A DNA stretch of 60,706 nucleotides, filler included, from Sphacelaria rigidula (lineage: Eukaryota): NCBI GenBank assembly GCA_964200075.2. It is 7 parts of 7 records of this genome, joined end to end, with 100 filler letters (N's around TTAATTAATTAA, not from the genome) between each part and the next. Parts side by side here need not be neighbours in the genome. Positions count along the whole stretch, not along the records: positions 34,750 to 43,335 come from CAXNAA020010690.1; positions 43,436 to 52,021 come from CAXNAA020010691.1; 5 more parts are not named here. The stretch is one strand, 5' to 3'. Position numbers and translations under genes: made by a program. Positions 34,750 to 46,936 of the stretch are shown here, in pieces. The first letter of the stretch is position 1; the number at the start of each line of letters is the position of its first letter. The notes under the pieces were generated by a model. The model was not told the origin of the DNA and did no database searches. It worked only from the letters and a program-made list of their open reading frames with translations.

Positions 34750-37700
34750 TCCCCCACCGATCGTTTTGTTTCTGCACCCAGCGATTGCCAACGGTCACGG
34801 ACAACGAATGGTTCACATATCCTGTCGAGTGTTGCTGCTGTATCGCCCATGACAGTCGGTCCGTCTGCTCAGCTAGCGCCCGCGCCGCCATCAAGCTGTC
34901 GCCAAGCGCTGTCACCGAGTGCAGCAGCCCCACACGCGCGATTTTTCGTTTTCTCGTCCCGCGACGGAACGGAATCCAAGAGGCAAAACAAACACACATC
35001 GCTTGCTTCTTCTCCCCCATCGATCGTTTTGTTTCTGCACCCAGCGATTGCCAACGCCCGTAAACAACAAGTTGTGTATATCATGCTACCCACTGCAATG
35101 TGTTGCTGCTGTATCGCCCATGACAGTCGCTTCGTCTGCTCAGCTAGCGCTCGTGGTGCGAACAGGCTGTTGCCAAGCGCTGTCAACGAGTGCAGTATCA
35201 CCACACGCGCGATCTTCCCTTCTCTTGTCCCGCGACTAAACAAAATCCAAAAGGCAAAACAAAAGCACATCGCTTGCCTCTTCTTTCCCACCGATCGTTT
35301 TGCTTTCGCACCCAGCGATTGCCGACGCCCATGAACAACGAGTTGTGTACAGCATGCTGCAGACTGCAACATGCTGCTGCTGTATCGCTCATGCGAGTCG
35401 CTTCGTCTGCTCATCCAACGCCCGTGCCGCCAACAAGCTGTTGCCAAGCGCTGTCACACAGTGCAGTAGCACCACACGCGCGATCTTCCCTTCTCTCGTC
35501 CCGCGACTAAACAAAATTCAAACGGCAAAACAAAAACACATCGCTTGCTTCTTCTCCCCCATCGATCGTTTTGTTTCTGAACCCAGCGATTGCCAACGCC
35601 CATGAACAACGAGTTGTGTATATCATGCTACCCACTGCAACATGTTGCTGCTGTATCGCTCATGCGAGTCGCTTCGTCTGCTCATCCAGCGCCCATGCCG
35701 CCAAAAAGCTGTTGCCAAGCGCTATCACCGAGTACAGTAGCACCACACGCGCGATCTCCCCTTTCTTTGTTTCGCGACTGAACGAAATTCAAACGGCGAA
35801 ACGAAAACATATCGCTTGCATCTTCTCCCCCACCGATCGTTTTGCTTCTGCACCCAGCGATTGCCAACGCCCATGAACAACGAGTTGTGTACATCATGCT
35901 ACGTACTGCAATATGCTGCTGCTGTATCGCTCATGCGAGTCGCTTCGTCTGCTCATCCAACGCCCGTGCCGCCAACAAGCTGTTGCCAAGCGCTGTCACC
36001 GAGTGCAGTAGCACCACACGCGCGATCTTCCCTTCTCTCGTCCCGCGACTGACCGAAATCCAGAAGGGAAAACAAACACACATCGCTTGCTTCTTCTCCC
36101 CCATCGTTCGTTCAATTTCGCACGCAGCGATTGCCAACGCCCATGAACAACGAGTTGTGTACATCATGCTACCCACTGCAACATGTTGCTGCTGTATCGC
36201 TCATGACAGTCGCTTCGCCTGCTCATCCAGCGCCCGTGCCGCCAACAAGCTGTTGCCAAGCGCTGTCACCGAGTGCAGAAGCACCACACGCGCGATTTTT
36301 TCTTCTCTTGGCCCGCGACTGAACAAAATCCAAACGGCAAAACGAAAACACATCGTCTGCTTCATTTCCCCCACCGATCGTTTCGTTTCTGCACCCAGCG
36401 ATTGCTAACGCCCACAGACAACGGGTTGTGTACATCATGCTATCCACTTCAACATGCTTCTGCTGTATCGCTCATGCGAGTCGCTTCGTCTACTTATCTT
36501 GCGCTCGGGCTGCGAACAAGCTGTTGCCAAGCGCTGTGACCGAGTGCAGTAGCACCACACGCGCGATTTTCCCTCCTCTCGTCCCGCGACTAAACATAAT
36601 CCAAACGGAAAAACGAGAACAAATTGCTTGCTTCTTCTCCCCCATCGATCGTTTTGTCTTCGCACCCAGCGATTGCCGACACCCATGGACAACGAGTTGT
36701 GTACAGCATGCTACCCACTGCAACATGCTGTCGACTGCAAGATGTTGCTGCTGTACCGCTCATGACAGTCGCTTCTTTGTGAACACATAGCGCCCGCGCC
36801 GCCAACAAGCTGTTGCCAAGCGCTGTTACCGAGTGCGGTAGCACCACGCGCGCGATCTTCCCTACTCTCGCCCCGTGACTAAACGAAATCTGAACGGCAA
36901 AACAAAACCACATCGCTTGCTTATTCTCCCCCACCGATCGTTTTGTTTCTGCACCAAGCGATTGCCAACGGTCACGGACAACAAGTGGTTCACAGCATGC
37001 TGTCGAGTGTTGCTGCTGTATCGCCCATGACAGTCGCTTCGTCTGCTCAGCTAGCACCCGCGCCGCCAACAAGCTGTCGCCAAGCGCTGTCACCGAGTGC
37101 AGTAGCACCACACGCGCAATCTTCCCTTCTCTCGTCCCGCGACTGAACGAAATCTAAACGGCAAACAAACACACATCGCTTGCTTCTTCTTTCCCACCGA
37201 TCGTTTTGTTTCTGCACCCAGCGATTGCCAACGGTCACGGACAACGAATGGTTCACATATCCTGTCGAGTGTTGCTGCTGTATCGCCCATGACAGTCCCT
37301 TCGTCTGCTCAGCTAGCGCCCGCGCCGCCAACAAGCTGTCGCCAAGCGCTGTCACCGAGTGCAGTAGCACCACACGCGCGATTTTTCGTTTTCTCGCCCC
37401 GCGACTGAACGAAATCCAAGAGGCAAAACAAAAACACATCGCTTGATATTCTCCCCCACCGATCGTGTTGTTTCTGCACCCAGCGATTGCCAACGCCCAT
37501 GAACAACGAGTTGTGTATATCATGCTACCCACTGCAATGTGTTGCTGCTGTATCGCCCATGACAGTCGCTTCGTCTGCTCAGCTAGCGCTTGTGCTGCAA
37601 ACAAGCTGTTGCCAAGCGCTGTCAACGAGTGCAGTAGCACCACACGCGCGATATTCCGTTCTCTCGTCCCGCGACTGAACAAAATCCAAAAGGCAAAACG

Positions 37701-40700
37701 AAGACACATCGCTTGCCTCTTCTCTCCAACCGATCGTTTTGTTTTTGCACCAAGCGATTGCCGACGCCCATGAACAACGAGTTGTGTACAGCATGCTTCA
37801 GACTGCAACATGTTGCTGCTGTATCGCTCATGCGAGTCGCTTCGTCTGCTCAGCTAGCGCCCGTGCCGCCAACAAGCTGTTGCCAAGCGCTGTCACCGAG
37901 TGCAGTAGCACCACACGCGCGATCTTGCCTTCTCTCGTCCCGCGACTAAACAAAATTCAAAAGGCAAAACAAAAGCACATCGCTTGCCTCTTCTCTCCCA
38001 CCGATCGTTTTGTATCTGCACCCAGCGATTGCCAACGCCCATGCACAACGAATTGTGTACATCATGCTACCCACTGCAACATGTTGCTGCTGTATCGCTC
38101 ATGACAGTCGCTTCGTCTGCTCATCCAGCGCCCATGCCGCCAACAAGCTGTTGCCAAGCGCTGTCACCGAGTGCGGTAGCACCACACGCGCGATCTTCCC
38201 TTCTCTTGTTTCGCGACTACACGAAATTCAAACGGCGAAACGAAAACATATCGCTTGCATCTTCTCCCCCACCGATCGTTTTGTTTCTGGACCCAGCGAT
38301 TGCCAACGGTCACGGAAACCGAATTGTTTACAGCATGCTGTCGAGTGTTGCTGCTGTATCGCCCATGACAGTCGCTTCGTCTGCTCAGCTAGCACCCGCG
38401 CCGCCAACAAGCTGTCGCCAAGCGCTGTTACCGAGTGCGGTAGCACCACACGCGCGATTTTTCGTTTTCTCGTCCCGCGACTGAACGAAATCCAAACGGC
38501 AAAAAAAGAACACATCGCTTGCTTATTCTCCCACCCGATCGTTTTGTTTCTGCACCCAGCGAATGCCAACGGTCACGGACAACGAATGGTTTACATATCC
38601 TGTCGAGTGTTGCTGCTGTATCGCCCATGACAGTCCCTTCGTCTGCTCAGCTAGCGCCCGCGCAGCCAACAAGCTGTCGCCAAGCGCTGTCGCCGAGTGC
38701 GGTAGCACCACACGCGCGATTTTTCGTTTTCTCGTCCCGCGACGGAACGGAGTCCAAGAGGCAAAACAAACACACATCGCTTGCTTCTTCTCCCCCATCG
38801 ATCGTGTTGTTTCTGCACGCAGCGGTTGCCAACGCCCATGAACAACGGGTTGTGTATATCATGCTACCCACTGCAATGTGTTGCTGCTGTATCGCCCATG
38901 ACAGTCGCTTCGTCTGCTCAGCTAGCGCTCGTGCTGCAAACAGGCTGTTGCCAAGCGCTGTCAACGAGCGCAGTAGCACCACACGCGCGATATTCCGTTC
39001 TCTCGTCCCGCGACTAAACAAAATCCAAAAGGCAAAACAAAAGCACATCGCTTGCCTCTTCTCTCCCACCGATCGTTTTGTTTCTGCACCAAGCGATTGC
39101 CAACGCCCATGAACAACGAGTTGCGTACAGCATGCTGCAGACTGCAACATGTTGCTGCTGTATCGCTCATGCGAGTCGCTTCGTCTGCTCATCCAACGCC
39201 CGTGCCGCCAACAAGCTGTTGCCAAGCGCTGTCACCGAGTGCAGCAGCACCACACGCGCGATCTTCCCTTCTCTCGTCCCGCGACTAAACAAAATTCAAA
39301 AGGCAAAAGAAAAGCACATCGCTTGCCTCTTCTCTCCCACCGATCGTTTTGTATCTGCACCAAGCGATTGCCAACGCCCATGAACAACGAGTTGTGTACA
39401 TCATGCTACCCACTGCAACATGCTGCTGCTGTATTGCTCATGCGAGTCGCTTCGTCTGCTCATCCAGCGCCCGTGCTGCGAACAAGCTGTTGCCAAGCGC
39501 TGTTACCGAGTGCAGTAACACCACACGCGCGATCTCCCCTTCTCTCGTCCCGCGACTGAACAAAATCCGAACGAAAAAACGAAGACAAATTGCTTGCTTT
39601 TTCTCCCCCATCGATCGTTTTGTTTTCGCACCCAGCGAATGCCAACGCCCATGAACGACGAGTTGTGTACAGCATGCTGCAGACTGCAATGTGTTGCTGC
39701 TGTATCGCTCATGCGAGTCGCTTCGTCTGCTCATCCAACGGCCGTGCCGCCAACAAGCTGTTGCCCAGCGCTGTCACCAAGTGCAGTAGCACCACACGCG
39801 CGATCTTCCCTCTTCTCGTCCCGCGACTAAACGAAATTCACACGGCGATACGAAAACATATCGCTCGCATCTTTTCCCCAATCGATCGTTTTGTTTCTGC
39901 ACCCAGCGATTGCCAACGCCCATGAACAACGAGTTGTGTACATCATGCTACCCACTGCAACATGTTGCTGCTGTATTGCTCATGCTAGTCGCTTCGTCTG
40001 CTCATCTAGCGCTCGTGCTGCGAACAAGCTGTTGCCAAGCGCTGTTACCGAGTGCAGTAGCACCACACGCGCGATCTCCCCTTCTCTCGTCCCGCGACTG
40101 AACAAAATCCGAACGGAAAAACGAAGACAAATTGCTTGCTTCTTCTCCCCCATCGATCGTTTTGTTTTCGCACCCAGTGAATGCCAACACCCATAAACAA
40201 CGAGTTGTGTATATCATGCTACCCACTGCAATGTGTTGCTGCTGTATCGCCCATGACAGTCGCTTCGTCTGCTCAGCTAGCGCCCGTGCTGCGAACAAGC
40301 TGTTGCCAAGCGCTGTCACCGAGTGCGGTGACACCACACGCGCGATGTTCTTTTCTCTCGTGCCGCGACTAAACAAAATCCAAGAGGGAAAACGATAACA
40401 AATTGCTTGCATCCTCTCCCCCATCGATCGTCTTGTTTTCTCACCCAGCAATTGCCAACACCCATGGACAACGAATTGTGTACTGCATGCTACCCTCTGC
40501 AACATGCTGTAGACTGCAACATGTTGCTGCTGTACCGCTCATGACGGTCGCTTTTTCTGAACACATAGCGCCCGCGCCGCCAACAAGCTGTTGCCAAGCG
40601 CTGTTACCGAGTGCGGTAGCATCACACGCGCGATCTTCCCTACTCTCGCCCCGCGACTGACCGAAATTCAAACGGCAAAACAAAAACACATCGCTTGCTT

Positions 40701-43335
40701 ATTCTCCCTCGCCGATCGTTTTGTTTTTGCATCCAGCGATTGCCAACGGTCACGGACAACGAATGGTTTCAGCATGCTGTCGAGTGTTGCTGCTGTATCG
40801 CCCATGACAGTCGCTTCGTCTGCTCAGCTAGCACCCGCGCCGCCAACAAGCTGTCGCCGAGTGCTGTCACCGAGTGCAGGAGCACCACACGCGCGATTTT
40901 TCGTTTTCTTGTCCCGCGACTGAACGAAATCCAAAAGGCAAAACAAAAACACATCGCTTGCTTCTTCTCCCCCACCGATCGTTTTACTTCTGCACCCAAC
41001 GATTGCCAACGGTCACGGACAACGAATGGTTTACAGCATGCTGTCGAGTGTTGCTGCTGTATCGCCCATGACAGTCCCTTCGTCTGCTCAGCTAGCGCCC
41101 GTGCCGCCAACAAGCTGTCGCCAAGCGCTGTCACCGAGTGCAGTAGCACCACACGCGCGATTTTTCGTTTTCTCGTCCCGCGACTGAACGGAATCCAAAC
41201 GGCAGAACAAAAACACATCGCTTGCCTCTTCTCCCCCACCGATCGCTTTGTTTCTGCACCCAGCGATTGCCAACGGTCACGGAAAACGAATGGTTTACAT
41301 ATCCTGTCGAGTGTTGCTGCTGTATCGCCCAAGACAGTCGCTTCGTCCGCTCAGCTAGCGCCCGCGCCGCCAACAAGCTGTCGCCAAGTGCTGTCACCGA
41401 GTGCAGTAGCACCACACGCGCGATCTTCCCTTCCCTCGTCCCGCGACTGAACGAAATCCAAGAGGCAAAACAAAAACACATCGCTTGCTTCTTCTCCCCC
41501 ATCGATCGTGTTGTTTCTGCACGCAGCGGTTGCCAACCCCCATGAACAACGAGTTGTGTACAGCATGCTACCCACTGCAATGTGTTGCTGCTTTATCGCT
41601 CATGACAGTCGCTTCGTCTGCTCAGCTAGCGCTCGTGCTGCAAACAGGCTGTTGCCAAGCGCTGTCACCGAGTGCAGTAGCACCACACGCGCGATATTCC
41701 GTTCTCTCGTCCCGCGACTGAACAAAATCCAAACGGAAAAAAAACATCGATCGCTTGCTTCTTTTCCCCCACCGATCGTTTTGTTTTTGCACCCAGCGAT
41801 TGCCAACGCCCAAGAACAACGAGTTGTGTACAGCATGCTACCCACTGCAACATGTTGCTGCTGTATCGCTCATGCGAGTCGCTTCGTCTGCTCATCCAAC
41901 GCCCGTGCCGCCAACAACCTGTTGCCAAGCGCTGTCACCGAGTGCAGTAGCACCACACGCGCGATCTTCCCTTCTCTCGTCCCGCGACTGAACGAAATCC
42001 AAACTACAAGACGAAAACACATCGTTTGCCTTTTCTCCCCCACCGATCGTTTTGTTTCTGCACCCAGCGATTGCCAACACCCCTGAACAACGAGTTGTGT
42101 ACATCATTCTACCCACTGCAACATGTTGCTGCTGTATCGCTCATGCAAGTCGCTTCGCCTGCTCAGCTAGCGCCCGTCCCGCCAACAAGCTGTCGTCAAG
42201 CGCTGTTACCGAGTGCGGTAGCAACACACGCACGATCTTCCCTTCTCTCGTCCCGCGACTGAACAAAATACAAGCGGAAAAACAAACACACATCGCTTGC
42301 TTCTTCTCCCCCATCGATCGTTTTTTTTCTGCACTCAGCGATTGCCAACGCCCATGAACAACGAGATGTGTACAGCATGCTACCCACTGCAACATGATGC
42401 TGCTGTATCGCTCATGAGAGTCGCTTCGTCTGCTCATCCAGCGCCCATGCCGCCAACGAGCTGTTGCCAAGCGCTGTCACCGAGTGCGGTAGCACCACAC
42501 GTGCGATCTTCCATTCTCTCGTCCCGCGACTGAACGAAGTCCAAAAGGCAAAACACAAACACATCGCTTGCTTCTTCTCCCCCACCGATCGTTTTGTTTT
42601 CGCACCTAGCGATTGCCGAATCCCATAAACAACGAGTTGTGTACAGCATGTTGTCGACTGCAACATGTTGCTGCTGTATCGCCCATGCGAGTCGCTTCGT
42701 CTGCTCATCTAGCGCCCGTGCTGCAAACAAGCTGTTGCCAAGCGCTGTTACCGAGTGCAGTAGGACCACACGCGCGATCTTCCCTTCTCTCGTTTCGCGA
42801 CTAAACAAAAGTCAAGAGGGAAAACGATAACAAATTGCTTGCTTCCTCTCCCCCATCGATCGTTTTGTTTTCTCACCCAGCGATTGCCAACACCCATGGA
42901 CCACGAGTTGTGTACTGCATGCTACCGTCTGCAACATGCTGTAGACTGCAACATGTTGCTGCTGTACCGCTCATGACGGTCGCTTTTTCTGAACACATAG
43001 CGCCCGCGCCGCCAACAAGCTGTTGCCAAGCGCCGTTACCGAGTGCGGTAGCATCACACGCGCGATCTTCCCTACTCTCGCCCCGCGACTGACCGAAATT
43101 CAAACGGCAGAACAAAAACACATCGCTTGCTTATTCTCCCCCACCGATCGTTTTGTTTCTGCACCCAGCGATTGCCAACGGTCACGGACAACGAATGGTT
43201 TACATATCCTGTCGAGTGTTGCTGCTGTATCGCCCATGACAGTCGCTTCGTCTGCTCAGCTAGCACCCGCGCCGCCAACAAGCTGTCGCCGAGTGCTGTC
43301 ACCGAGTGCAGGAGCACCACACGCGCGATTTTTCG
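34750..43335. repeat. Satellite array, 32 monomers of 262-289 bp (mode 271 bp) with higher-order order
   Basis: Anchor (c)agcgattgcc at 34779, 35042, 35313, 35584, 35855, 36125, 36396, 36667, 36956, 37219 ... 42878, 43166; fills the whole block. Confidence 0.98.
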
Positions 43336-43435
43336 NNNNNNNNNNNNNNNNNNNNNNNNNNNNNNNNNNNNNNNNNNNNTTAATTAATTAANNNNNNNNN
43401 NNNNNNNNNNNNNNNNNNNNNNNNNNNNNNNNNNN

Positions 43436-43495
43436 CAGGACACGTCATTCCTAACCAGCCTCGTTGGTCGTTCTGGAGGCCCAGTCCCAAAAGGG
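43436..43495 (+). mobile_element. Right end of a piggyBac-like element
   Basis: ...gttctggaggcccagtcccaaaaggg followed by TTAA (43496-43499); matches 47958-48015. Confidence 0.8.
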
Positions 43496-43989
43496 TTAAG
43501 CGTGAAGAGCATCCGCACCCCTCGTCAGATTACGCCGAAACTTGAAGGATGTGTAGATTGGTATTAGAGGAAGGTGTCACTCTCACAGCTACAGCAGGGG
43601 AAGTCGGTGATGGCCCGGTCTGCATTCATACGGTGGATAATCATAGGGTGCGCGATCACGTTTGTTAACACCCTGCTGTCTGATGACGATTATAGTGGGC
43701 ACAGCAACAGTTGAGCACGCTGACTGCGCAACGGATCCCGCCGGCCTCGCATCATTCTTTGACCACTTAGGGATGAACGCTCGAAGAAACCCAGCAAACA
43801 AGCATCGTTTATGGTCCGCTATATATGTGAGGGTTGGGAGGTGAACGTTTCCGCTCCAAAACGGTCGACAGTCGAAGGTCAAGCTCCTGTCGCGCGACCA
43901 GTGGGTTGTGCGACGGGCCGTTGCCGGCGTACCTGGTACTGGAGGCGACATCCCGGTACAGACAGTCCCACCACTACCGACCCGGCCGT

Positions 43990-44310
43990 GCAAACAGGCT
44001 GGCAGCCGGAATGGGCTTTGCGCTGGTATTCTTCCAGCCTCATCAACTTGAATTATCTCCACAACGGCTTTGCACTTGAATATTTCGGTGATTTCCTCAC
44101 TTCCACTTCGGCCATATTTTGACGACAACGCCACGGTCCCACTGCCCAACTTTATATGTGAAGATGTACCAAGATGGACAAGATACTCCTGTTCAGATTA
44201 GAAAAAAGTGTACTGCACACAGTACTGAAATCTGTTGTCGAGTACAGCTGCAAGACGGTCGGGTTACAAAAATCTGGACCTGCGACGAGTGGTATTACCC
44301 GTACACATGA
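43990..44310 (+). pseudogene. Possible decayed SET-domain coding remnant
   Basis: Across three frames, in order: AGSRNGLCAG, GFALEYFGDFLT, PTAQLYM, AHSTEICCRVQLQDG, TKIWTCDEWYYPY; same order as SET-domain motifs. Judged by eye only. Confidence 0.35.
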
Positions 44311-44936
44311 ACGGCAGCAGAAGCGGCTGGATACACGTTGTGGTGAATTGCGGAAGATAGGTGGAAATCACTGCAGGGCAGATATATACCAAGGATGTTA
44401 CCTTCTGCGGTGTGCCATATCACCTTGCATGTTGCTGCTGTGCATCGAGCACGTTGTGCAGCTACAGGCGTCACTGATGCGGGTGGTGCGCAGTCTCCAA
44501 CTACAGTATATGAGGTGCTGTACTGGATCACTTGTGTTCAGACCAGTGCAGACGGGGTGGGGCCCGCATGTACATAACCCTTCTCGAACTTCGTCGTGCT
44601 CTANNNNNNNNNNTACCGATCTGGCACGTTTTCCCAGTAGGAATCGCTTGCAATCTATGCTGTTACATAACTCGCAAGCGATGCAGCTTTCTTCACGTCC
44701 GCACACCGCCCGTGAGGCGAGCTCTCGATGGTGAAGTACCCGCCCCTCTTCCCGTGACGATCTCCAGCCTCGGTCTCAGACAATTGAATCCTTCGGAATA
44801 TGATAGTAACTACTGGAAGTTACACATCTCTCACCCTAAACCCTCCATATTATCGAAAAGGAATAACACTGTGTAGCCTGTGATGTGAGGTTTTTTTATC
44901 CCGCTTAGCTAGGCCCATTATTATCAACACTGAACA

Positions 44937-45535
44937 GTGGATTCTCGAAAATGGACTTGAAAAAAAATGAGGTTCAACTCAAAAGCCGTGCTTTCGCTGA
45001 CCTAGATTCGTGACAAATGACAATCATACGGACGACCTAATCCCTCCCGACCTCCCTAAAATTATTTCGGGGGGTTTATAGCCTTCCGTTCCCCCGAAGG
45101 GTACGTGCGAAAGGAAAGCACGATTTTTGGGCCAAAAAATCAAGGGCAGGTCGAGTAGAGTATACTCAATTGCGGGATATTTTGAAAGACGTACTTGGGG
45201 TACTCAAATTTGGGTAGAGTGTTGGGAGTCGTACCCAAAAAATAGATGAGAAGCGATTGTTGAAATTATACCCCCAATATGTGTACCCTAAATACGACTT
45301 TCAAAATACCCCGCAATTGAGTATACTCTACTCGACCTACCCTTGCAAAAGCGTGCGTTCGCACATATCCTTCGGGGGAACGGAAGTCTATAAACTCCCC
45401 GAAATAGTTTTGGGGAGATCGGAAGGGATGAGCTCGTCCGTATGAAAGTCATTTTTGTCACGAATTTAGGTCAGGGAGAGCACGGCTTTTGAGTTGAACC
45501 TCATTTATTTTTCAACTCCATTTTCGAGAACCCCC
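44937..45535. mobile_element. ~600-bp foldback element (arms ~280 bp)
   Basis: ttctcgaaaatgga...aaatgaggttcaactcaaaagccgtgct...ggtcgagtagagtatactcaattgcggg mirrors cccgcaattgagtatactctactcgacc...agcacggcttttgagttgaacctcattt...tccattttcgagaa. Confidence 0.92.
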
Positions 45536-45906
45536 AGTGATTGTTTCATTCCGAGATGTCAGAATTTTGCAGAGTTTTCGGACTCTGCGTCCAAAATTCG
45601 CTGAGAATAAAGCGGCTCGATTTTTTCTCCGAGGCTTCATTTTTGGACAGGTCCGAAAAATTCAGATTGCAGCACAACACTTCGGAGAGCTACCCTGTGA
45701 GTACGCCTTGGCGCTCACAAGCACTCGAGAATTATCAGGTACCTTGCCAATCCCGACAACTTCCGAAATCTCCAAAAAAACAATGTTGATAAAAATGGGC
45801 CTTATGTTCTAGAGCACAGGCAGAGAGGGGTGTCTGACAGTCGTGGTGGAGGTATACAAATATAATCTGTTTGTCGTGGGGAGGTGTACTCGTGATTTTG
45901 CACCCC

Positions 45907-46261
45907 GTTGCACCGGTGGCTTAGTCGGTAACCCCGAAACATTTCGACGGTTGGGTCGCGGGTTCAAATCTCGGAGCGATCTGGGATTTGTTTTCGTGCC
46001 CAACAGTGGAGAGCGACATATGTCGTGGGTACGCAAAGCTCGATTTGATGGTCGACGAGGGAAAGGAACTGCTGAACCCCTCTAGCGATAAAAATAAAGG
46101 GTAAACACTGCAGAAGGAAGGTGGAGTACCAAAACGAAACAAGAAAAGAAAAACTCCTGTGTTGACCTTCCTTGTGTGTGACCCCGGCTGGTGCGCCCAC
46201 ATATACCGAAAGGTGTAGAACGGCGTCCAGAATAGATGGCACGACAACACACAACACACAG
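45907..46261 (+). mobile_element. tRNA-derived SINE
   Basis: Pol III A box TGGCTTAGTCGG (45917-45928), B box GGTTCAAATCT (45961-45971), unrelated body and (ACAAC/ACAC)n tail at ~46240-46260. Confidence 0.75.
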
Positions 46262-46267
46262 AGTTAT

Positions 46268-46932
46268 ACGAGTAAGACGATTGACTTTACATTCCAACAA
46301 AGACGGGACGGAGCACGCCGGGCTTTCGCCGGGCCAAGCTCGCAATCACCAAGCGCGAAGCGCCATGATGTGTCCGGCGAGTTACACGAAGGGTGAGCTG
46401 CATCGTACCAATATTGCTCGGCCAGATGAGTACTAAGCGGTCATGTTGCACATGGATGAAAGTCACTCTTTTTTCTGGTACCGCCATTTCCAGAGGCAGC
46501 CACGAGTTCCACTGCGGCATGGGTGCCTCACCGTTTAAACTCCACGTGGTGAGATCGCCCCTTTGCTTGGAGTTCAGGTTCTCCACCCCGCACAACATGA
46601 TCTAACTCGACCACCGTCATGGTTACCGCACAAAAACGCAAGTAGAACCCCCCCCTCCCCCACCCGCCGTAATGAGCGCCGGAATGTTGAAGGTGTCTCT
46701 ATTAGGAGTAGGAACGGTGCTCCGTCTCGAAAGGGATGCNNNNNNNNNNTTAGGAGAGGAAAAGGGGCCCCCCCCCGAAAGGGGGGGGTGGGGGGTGGGC
46801 CAAACACTAAGGCCAGGAAAAAAGAGGTACCCCCCCCCCCCCCCCCCCCCGCCGCCGCCCGCCAACCTGGTTGCCCAACCTACGTGGTGAGGGGCGTATT
46901 TTAAAAGCGTTGTTGCCAACCGACGCCAACCC
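46268..46932 (+). mobile_element. Dispersed repeat family 1, longest copy, interrupted by a family 2 insert at ~46650-46860
   Basis: Both halves align with the uninterrupted copy at 17388-17583; the insert matches 52267-52477 and 59580-59697. Confidence 0.8.
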
Positions 46933-46936
46933 TTAA

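Noticed and set aside
35300-42357. Dozens of Cys-rich 60-250 aa ORFs as annotated genes
   Set aside because: They are translations of the satellite in all six frames, mostly with non-ATG starts; kept only as a testable hypothesis.
34750-43335. CRISPR-like or guide array interpretation
   Set aside because: Monomers are homologous along their whole length; there are no unique spacers and no cas-like genes.
34750-43335. Tandem exon-intron cassettes (acceptor-like ttttgtttctgcacccag on plus, ttcgttcag on minus; possible 19-nt intron giving 252 nt)
   Set aside because: No consistent strong donor; the 19-nt removal restores frame only for 271- and 262/289-bp units, not 263, 264, 270 or 288; minus frames contain recurrent stops.
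45907-45980. Functional tRNA genes here and at 55172-55250 and 54635-54712
   Set aside because: A and B boxes are present, but I could not form a proper cloverleaf and each continues into a repeat body, so they are called SINEs.
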